The position numbers were made by a program, and so were the translations under genes. The notes beneath the pieces were generated by a model, which had not been told where the DNA came from, ran no database searches, and worked only from the letters and a program-made list of their open reading frames with translations. Below are positions 54,960-64,000 of a stretch of 64,000 nucleotides of DNA, in pieces (within the stretch, counting starts at the first letter, position 1; each line of letters opens with the position of its first letter). The stretch comes from Camelus ferus (Eukaryota), in contig NC_045697.1 of NCBI RefSeq assembly GCF_009834535.1, positions 84,322,001-84,386,000 on the forward strand. Direction: 5' to 3'.

Positions 54960-56790
54960 CAAGTTCTAAAAAGAAAATAGAGGGGTGCGGGAGATGAATT
55001 ATCAAAGAAATATAGAAAAAGATTACATAAAACTGAATGGCTTAAGTCTCCAGACTGAAAGGAATGACCAGGTAACATCATGATGAATGAAAAAAAGAAT
55101 CATATTGTGAAATTCAGTTATAAGAGCTAAAAAAAATTGTCTTTAATTCTGAAAAAAATCCAAAAAGCTTAGTGACAAAAAAAAAAAAAAAAGAAGTGCC
55201 AAGAATCAGAACAATATGGAGGCGAGTAGAAGACAAAGTACCACCTTTAAATCCTTAGGAACTAGATTTTCAATTTAGTATTTTATACCCAGAAAAATTG
55301 GCAGGATGTTACAATAGATATTTTCACATATGCAAGGCTTTTCGGATAGCTTACCTCACCAATACCGGTCTCGAGTAGTTAACCTGAGAATGTGCTATAA
55401 CAGAACAATGGAGTAACTGAGAAAGAAGGAGTGTTGGGATCCAGGGGATAACCAGTGGAGTCTCTCTAAGAAAGCAGTAAAGGAAAGTTCTATGATGACC
55501 CCTGTGCAGCAGGCACGGGGAGAAACTGTTTCACTTGAAAGAAGAGAGAGAACTTCAACTTGGAGAGCTCCATGAAAAAGAAAAACTCAACAGAATGCCT
55601 AAATAATGGAGAGTTTGGGGGGTTGGGACCAACATGAGGCTACACTAGAGCAAAGAGTTCAAAGAAAAAAGATAAAATTTCAGAAACATCAAGAAAAACT
55701 AAGTTCTATAACAAAAGTAATATGAACAACATTTACATAGGCATGGTATCTATAAACACTTTATTTTAAACTGTAATTTTAGAACTAACCTAGACAAAGC
55801 TTAAGAAAAGTTAATTGTGGCTGTAGAATACAGTTCTTCCATTTACAATGGGGTTACATCCTGATAAATCCATCGTTAAGTTGAAAATACTGAAAGTCAA
55901 AAATCCATTTCATGCACCTAACCTACTGAACATCATGGCTTAGCCTAGCCTACCTTAAACATGCTCAGAACACTTACACTAGCCTACAGGTGGGCAAAAT
56001 CATCTAACACAAAGCCTATTTTATAACAAATAATATCTCATGTAATTTACTGAATACTGTACTGAAAGCGAAAAATAGAATGGCTGTGTGGGTACAGAAC
56101 GGTTGTTAAGTGTATCGTATGTTCACCCTCATGATCGCATTGCTAACTGGAGCTGCACTACTGCTACCGTCCAGCATCGCGAGAAAGCCTCTTACCAGGA
56201 AAAGATCAATATTCAAAATTCGAAGAATGGTTTCCACTGAATGTGTATAGCTTTTCCATAACCATAAAGTAGAAAAAAATTCTAAGTTGAGCCGTTGTAA
56301 GTTGAGGATTGTTTGTATATATGTTATCAATGTGGGCAACATAAAAGACAAAGTCCAGATGGAAAAAGTAGAGGTAAGGAGTTGTAGTTGGGAAGGAGAC
56401 ATAAGGGATGCAAAAGCAAGATCCTCATCTTACAAAGCTTGGAATCTAGAGATTCATCCATATCCATCATCCATATGAGGATGATGTCTCTAATTGACAG
56501 AGTAAGAAGTAAAACCCTGAATTTAATGCTACAAATGCAACCCATCCAGTAACTTAAAACAGTGACATAGCAATATTGATAGGATAAGGGTAATGGCAAG
56601 TAAAGGATGGTATAAGTAAAATAAATCCTCATCTGCTAAGTTAATGAATACTGTCTAATAGTGATAAAGCAACAGTGCATGGGAATTAGGAAATCCAAAA
56701 AATAACTGTTAGAAGAAACAGCTAAACTATTTAAAAACTGAATCTGAACCATTTGGATTTTTAATGAAACACATATATTACTTGGATAAT
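54960..56790 (+). mobile_element. Old A-rich L1 fragment interrupted by a Tigger element
   Basis: A-rich; agtctccagactgaaagg; ttttcaatttagtattttatacccag; boundaries approximate. Confidence 0.5.
55831..56315 (+). mobile_element. Tigger5/MER47-family DNA transposon with TA target-site duplication
   Basis: TA|cagttcttccatttacaatggggttacatcctgataaa ... cttagcctagcctaccttaaacatgctcagaacacttac ... taagttgaggattgtttg|TA. Confidence 0.88.
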
Positions 56791-56803
56791 AATTTAACCA
56801 TTA

Positions 56804-56941
<138 letters not shown>

Positions 56942-58599
56942 CTAGAAAACAGGTAAGACCATAGCCAAGTAAGAACTGTCTATAAAACTGTCTTGTTATA
57001 TTGCCTGAAACACAAACAACATCCAAAAATATTTACAGTTTAAATAAATATTAGAAAACCAAACAGTGCAGATGTTTATTCTGCAAAAAATTAGGAACTG
57101 ATGCAAAGCAAGTGTTAGCTACACGGCACAACTACTAGATAACAAGTGTTAACACACAGTCTCCTAACGTCATACATTATAAGTTAACAAGGAGAAAGAG
57201 GGATCTCTTTATATCATTTGAAGTTGAAATTCACTCTATGCAAAATTCGGTGTAGTCTCTGAATTATATTAAGACTAGATTTAAGCTAAGACTATAAAAA
57301 TAGCTCGTAACTTATTACTGGGGCAAACTGAAAGCTCACATACTTGTTAGGAGGATACTGGCAATAACAGTCCCATCCAAAGCTGCAAATATTGGTTTAA
57401 AATATGTCTTTTTAAATATAGATCTATCACCCTCATTATACCATACTAAGGTGATGTACTCACAATTATACTAATTATTGATCAACATAAATCTTTACAT
57501 GGCATATTTTATTCACAATCATGAATTTATTTTGCCATCAGATGATACAGCCTAAGAATGCAAATCTTTCAAGCAGGGTTTACATTAATGGACTATAAAC
57601 GAATAACAGAATAAGCAGCCAATCTAAACCCATGTTCCCCACCAAATATTCTCAGCTGTCATTAACAGAATAGGAGACTAGATGTCTATTACACTGATTT
57701 TAAAAGGTACTTGCTATGTTTTGAAGCAGTTAAGACATGGGGACCAACACCAGTGCCAATACAGCCTACAGCACAGAGACAGAAATAACTCTGTCTCGTT
57801 GGAATGTCTTCCAAAAGCTCCTACTAGTTTTCAGGGCAGACATAAATAGCAATGGGCTTGAATAGGAAGAATTCAGTGGACTCCATGATATACATATAAT
57901 TACATATTCCAGACGAGAAATAATAAAACCTACTGACAGAATGAAGTTACAAGCAGGTTTAAGGGCTTCTGTCTTTAAATGGAAAGCATGTCGATGTGGT
58001 GCAAGGAATGCACTCCTTCAGAGTTGGATAGAAAGAGTAATAAAATAATGCTGACTGCCGCTCTTTCTGCAGCTAAATTCACATCATCCAGGCTGAACTC
58101 ACACCTTGGCGCCCCACCGTCTGTGTGCAAAGCTTATAAAACATTCTGAAATTTGTTTCACCAGGAGGCAATTCCAACTTTTAGTTGACCTGGAGTGCTG
58201 AACTTGGAGCAGTACTTTAGGGGTTTTTTACTTAATGTTGAATTTCTTTATTGCAGTAATGAAAGGTAAATGAGAGAGTTAAAACACCATGTCACCCTCT
58301 GGACAGCCCCAACATGCACACAGCCCTAGGGGAGGCTTAGTGGTGCAGTGAGGAGGGAGTTGAGGGGGTTCTGTTGACTGAAGACTGAGGGTACCCCAAA
58401 GTCACGTCAGCACTGACTTGCCAGAGGAAAAAGACACTTTTGTACATTTCAGATCGTTGTAAACCGTAATGTTTTTGTGATCAGCAATTTCAGCAATAGC
58501 TAACTTGAATAGCTAACTTTGTTATATATAGATAGATAGATAGATATAGCAATAGCTAACTTTGAGATCTATGCACTCTAAAGAGAAAAGACCTTCTTA

Positions 58600-58770
<171 letters not shown>

Positions 58771-61323
58771 TTACAGAAGAATTTCTACATGAGCTTTAAA
58801 ATAACAATAAGCTACAAAATCAAACAAACCACTCAGCATTTTAACCAGTTCCGTATCATTTTGTACATTCTTCTTTCCTATTAAGAGTTCAAATGTTTCT
58901 AACTTCTTGGGTCTCAAACTTTGGGTATTTGGGATTCTGGGATTTCACGCTGAACTGTGGAAGAAACTACTGGCAATCACTTTTTATGTGAATATATTTC
59001 ATGGTTTTTGAATAGAAAATAAACACTAAATTTATATCACATTTCAAATAAAATATATGATAAAATGAACATTTTATATTAGTTTTAAATATAATATTCC
59101 AAATGGGCTAAATGCTCTTTTACAAAAAATGAAACAAGACCAATGGCCAATCACAGAATTTAAAATGCAGGAGGACCAATTAGGTTAAAAATAATTCCTA
59201 ATGTAGGGATGTTGTCCAACTTCTTTTGAAATTTCTGCCCTTGAAAATTATCTAACCTTCAACAGACTTATTTTTGGGGAAAGAAAAATCAAAACAGGAG
59301 TTAACAGACTGAGCCTTATTTCAAATCAGAAAGTGTTTGAAAGACAAACTGAATCTTAAGAAGACTGAGCTAAACTTTGGAAGTATGTCTTAAGTTTCCA
59401 CAAAACATTTAGCAAGACTTTTAAGAACCTTCTCATCTTTCTCCTTAAAAGTGTATTTTACTTACCATTTAGCTCCAACTTTGAGTTATTACCTTAGTCT
59501 TATAAAGACCTTTAACCCTACTTTTGCTTCCTCTTTACTGCTTATAAATTCTATTCTTTCCTTCCTTCTGCAATTTAGTATCAGTGGAAAAACATATTAT
59601 TCTCCAAATGGTTATACTTTAGAAATATAAAGCCCTTGGTTTTGTGTGGATGGTTCATCCTTTTTTTTCTCAGCTCACTCTAGTCCCTCAGCTTTAAGAA
59701 ATGGATATAAAATTCCCCTCCCAGATAGCAGAGCAAAGAAGGGGAAACACATTCTTGTCTGATGTAGTTTTCTGTTCTTAACACGTTTCCTCCTCATCCC
59801 ATGACAAAGGGATGTCAACTTTAAAAAGCAGAATTATCCAATTATCCTGTACTTATTTATTATCCTTAGTTCAATTTGTCCTTATTTTTGTACACTTTTT
59901 AGCTCTTGGGTAGATTTCTAGATGCTACAATCTCAAAGACTAAATGCTTACAAAAGCTTTTTTCTAAGACCAAAATGTCTGGACTCCAACGAGGCACGTT
60001 CACTTGAGTATATCTGAAAGAGCCTCTTGAGGGTCCCTGGGGTCTAATACATGGTGGTACCAGAAAAACCTGGTTATTTTAAGGGTTCATCCTTTTACTC
60101 AACAAACACTGAGATGCCTACTGTGTACCAAGGAGTGATACAAAATGGGAGAAAAACTACCCAAAAGAAGCTCAGGATCAAGAAAGGGTGATACATAAAC
60201 CATAAACATACACTTACAGCACGTGGGACAGTATAATCAGTTTCATGATACAAATGCTAAGAGCACAGAAGGGGGACCTAACACACAAAAGAGAAGGCTT
60301 CTCAGAAGGGATAACATTTGAGTTTTTATTTCTATTAAATGGTTTGATAAAAGACTTAAATTTTAAATCTTTGTTTTAAGGAAGATGACTTTAAGGCAGA
60401 TAAAGAGACTGTTAGGCAAATCTTCTCAGATAATTATGTAGTATAAAAAAGTATGTATTGATATGCTGTGTACCTGGAGCTGTGTGAGGCAATGGACTAA
60501 GCAAGAAAGTAAAGTTCCTGCTCACTCAGAACTGTAATGGGACACAAAGCTAGGTATTTGTTAAATGGCTAATAATCAAACTGTATTAACATTTTACTCC
60601 ATCATGATATCACCATACACTGACAGTGAGATGATAGCTTTTTTCAAAGTCTTAAAAGAAAAGAGAAAAATCAACGGCACAATGCATTTTCTGGTAAAAG
60701 TGATAAGATGTTGTTTAGTTGAGGTCTTATAGTTCCTTGAGAACCAGAGGACAGCTGGTTGTGGACACTTAGCTGACTGTGGTCCAAGGCTGCAGTCTAC
60801 GGATATCCTTAACCCAGTCAGTGGTCTCTGCATGGATTTGGGGTGCTGGGGGGAGTTGGGAGGGAAGGGGGTAGAAATTTTATGGAGAGTCAATGACCAT
60901 CAGCCTGTACTAGAAAAGCAGAAGCAAAGTAGACATAGTCTGTTCTCAGTAGGTCTGCAGCATCCTGCCTTCACTTACGTAGAAGAGCATTTCAAACAAG
61001 GCTGTTTCAGTGCACATGGGGGTGTTCCTAGAGCTCTCCCTTTATTACCCTGTACCCCAATTTCAGCTTCTGTTTCAGTTTGCACGTTTACACTTGGGAG
61101 CATATATAGGTAGGCATTTTTCTAACTGTGGGCTGAAAAGTTTTCTCTGTGTAAAAGAATAATGTCCCAGAAGCCATACTAAATATAAGCCATTATTCAG
61201 GATTTTCAACCAACACAACAGTGTTCATGTGGTTCAATAACTAGTTTCCGTTTCTAGAGTCTCTATTTCTTTTCTCAAACTTGCCTATTTTGCCTCCTTT
61301 TTTTTCTTTAAATACTAGTGCTT

Positions 61324-61800
61324 GATAAAGAAGATGTGATATATATACAATGAAATACTATTCAGCCTTAAAAAGAAAATAATGTCATTTGCAGCAACAT
61401 AGATGGATCTAGACATTGCCATACTAAGCGAAGTCAGACAGAGAAAGACAAATATCATGTATCACTTACATGTGGAATCTAAAAAGAAAAAGACACAAAT
61501 TAACTTATTTACAAAACAGAAACAGATTCACAGACACAGGAAACAAACTTATGGTTACCGGGGGGAAGGGGGTGGGAAGGGATAAACTGGGAGTTCCAGA
61601 TTTGCAGCCACTAACTGTTATACATAGAATAGATAAATAACAAGGTCCTATTGTGTAGCATAAGGAACTACATTCAATATCTTGTAATAACCTATAATGG
61701 AAAAGAATATGAAAAATATATAAAAATGTATAACTGAATCACTATGCAGTACACCAGAAACACAACATTGTAAATCAACTAAACTTCAATTAAAAGAAAA
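61324..61800 (+). mobile_element. L1 3' end (ORF2 tail remnant plus 3' UTR and A-tail), cetartiodactyl/camelid-type
   Basis: gataaagaagatgtg ... tttgcagcaacatagatggatctag ... gaagtcagacagagaaagacaaatatc ... ggggaagggggtgggaagggataaa ... cattgtaaatcaac; ORF 61403..61585 is its remnant; degenerate TSD aaatactagtgctt/aaatatcagtgtct. Confidence 0.93.
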
Positions 61801-63669
61801 ATATCAGTGTCTGTTGTCCTTCATCTCTTTAAACATACTGAGTTTCGAGCATAAGTTCATCCACAGCAGGGACTGTTCCCCCTGGGAGCCTCATGTCCCC
61901 TAATCATGAAGTGTCAGGCATAGCGATGTGCTGCCTGTCTGGCGCTCACTGGTGATATGAACTTGAGCTCCATATCCGTGTGGGGCACAGGCATGGCTCT
62001 TAGGGTTCACAGGTGTCTCTTCTTTCTCTCGCTGCTGCCGGCAGAAGCACACTTCCTTGCTGCTTCCTCTGGCTGCTGGTGGAGCTTTATAGGCCTCATT
62101 CCATGAGTGGAACCTTAACAGATCTAGGCTTCCCCTGGGAGCTTAGTTTCACCTCCCTGCCCCCACTGTACCAGCAGAGGGGGCTCATCACCTCTACCTG
62201 CAGATGTTACCTGAATCTCACATCTCTGCAGCCCATCTGGCCTTTGGTCACTCACATTGCTTCCCCCGGATTCCCCTCTTTGCTTCTGACACCTGAGGTT
62301 TTCCCTTTCTTGAGATCATCTGTAATTTTTAAAATTGCTTTTGGTGAAATTTTATCTCCTACTTGTTTGCAGAATGGACTGTGGGTGGTCTTCCGCATCT
62401 GTTCAGTCTGGCAGACTAACCAGGAATCTTGTTCACAGGCTTCAAAACCTACGTTGTACCCCTTGAACACCAGCTCTTCACTATATTTAATTTTCCCCCT
62501 GAACTATTAGAGCAAGACATTAATCATTAGGCAGCTTTATGGAATGAGGACTTCCAACAATGAATTTTTCATCCTTTCTGGTAACCAATTATTTCTCACT
62601 AATAATTTTCTAGATTTAGATATTAGAGGTTAATTTGCTTAAGGGATGAATAAGTAAATATAATTAATAGATTAAAAAAAAAAAAAAACGCAAGTTCTTT
62701 CAAGAGACTATTAGGCCAGGAACATATATCTAATACATACATGGGCCTCCATCCCCAGGTGGAAGACATTTTTTTAAAAAGCACTGATGAAAATAACAGC
62801 TAAAAATCAGAGAAAAGGTATAACATTTGTCCAAGGTCAAATAAGACAATAAAAGATAAAAAGACCTTGATTCTCTGCATTTCAAGGATCCTAAGCAAAA
62901 TCAGCACCCTCTGCCCTCCTTGTGTTGATACAAAGCCTTCCCTTCTACCATCTATTGCTCCTTTAAACAAATTAATTCACTTTCTTCAAGCCAAGGAACT
63001 GCTCACCATAGGTTTTTAAATGTCAGTTTTAAAAGACAGCTTTTATGGCAAGTGTATGTCAGACCTCTGAGAGACAAAGCCCCTGAAAATGCCAGCTTCC
63101 GTATCAGAAAGCCCAGTCACTTCTGCCTACCTGCTGCCTACCTGCAGTATCCTCAAACACCTAAACTTCATGCTATTTTTTTTTTAAGCACAAAGAAGCT
63201 TCTTTTCTATTGCACTGGCACTTTTCACAGCATAAATGAATACTGTATCCTCACAGGGTCAAGTGTTCTTTCAGGAATGCAAAGGGCAAGATTTGACTCT
63301 CAATGGGTGAGCAGTGAGGAATGTGACAGCTGGTTGCTTCAGGGCCAAGTGATCATCGCCACAGTGAGCAATTTCTTCTTTAATCAGCAGCTGCCCCAGA
63401 CCCTCACCGAGGCCATACATCAGTCCCAATACATTTCCCACTCAGGGCTCCAGGGGATGCTCAGCATGGAGGCTAAAAGCACAGGAGAAAAGGAACAGGC
63501 TCAACAATTCTTAGTTACCCGTCTCTCCCACCCGCAGAATGTCTCTATCATAATCAGACCACATATAACCTGAGCCCAAAGCTTTACTTCACCAAGAAGA
63601 CGGGAATTTAACATAGACAGAAGCCAGTGGAGAATTCTCTCCAGTGCTCTTTCAAGCTTTCCTTGACTT

Positions 63670-63810
63670 GATCATTCATTCAGTAACAAATACTTTATTC
63701 AACACATAATTAATGAGTGCCTATTATGTACCAGTCACTGTTCTAGACGATGAAGATGACAGGTAGAGAGTAAGATAGATACAAATCCCTGTCCTCATGG
63801 GGCTGACATT
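63670..63810 (-). mobile_element. L2 3' end
   Basis: tcattcattca ... tgagtgcctattatgtaccagtcactgttctag ... aatccctgtcctcatggggctgacattctagt. Confidence 0.8.
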
Positions 63811-63969
63811 CTAGTCAGAATGTAACACATGGAAGGGAATCCCATCCCCGTCATCTTGCCCACCCATGTTTTACAGACAAAATGAAACTGCGACGGTTGA
63901 CATGACCAAACAAGGCTTTTTCACTTCTCTTCCAAATCCTAGCAATCAGCAAATTATGGTCATATTCCA

Positions 63970-64000
63970 TGTAGTAGGCAAAATAATGGCCTCCAAAGAT
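63970..64000 (+). mobile_element. Start of an MLT1 (MaLR) LTR, cut by the window edge
   Basis: tgtagtaggcaaaataatggcctccaaagat resembles the MLT1C/D 5' end. Confidence 0.65.

Noticed and set aside
61403..61585. 60-aa ORF as a gene
   Set aside because: Remnant of the L1 ORF2 C-terminus running into the 3' UTR.
62013..63573. Longest plus-strand ORFs (165 aa at 62013-62510 and 173 aa at 63052-63573) as nested or antisense genes
   Set aside because: Both start at GTG, show no recognisable domain, and have no promoter, splice or poly(A) support; such lengths can arise by chance in 64 kb.

Overview
This window is mammalian genomic DNA: AT-rich, CpG-depleted, with MIR, L2, L1, MER and ERVL-type repeats. 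It lies entirely inside PDE5A (cGMP-specific 3',5'-phosphodiesterase 5A) on the minus strand. Thirteen consecutive coding exons can be read with their splice sites (exons 4-16 by human numbering, 1358 nt, equivalent to human PDE5A1 residues 278-730). They encode the end of GAF-A, all of GAF-B and the N-terminal part of the catalytic domain ([22 protein letters not shown]). The frame is intact. Exons 1-3 lie beyond 64000 and exon 17 onward lies before position 1. The L1 3' ends look cetartiodactyl, and I recognised no Alu, B1, PRE-1, Bov-A/BovB or CHR SINEs, so a camelid is my best inference. I see no novel multi-gene system. The notable observations are a GC-AG intron, a 30-bp near-perfect intronic copy of exon 12, a few unusual substitutions relative to the human protein as I recall it, tiny retro-insertions with target-site duplications, inverted L1 ends flanking exons 4-9, candidate poison exons and several non-B-DNA motifs. 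Repeat family names and boundaries are by-eye estimates from recalled consensus sequences.
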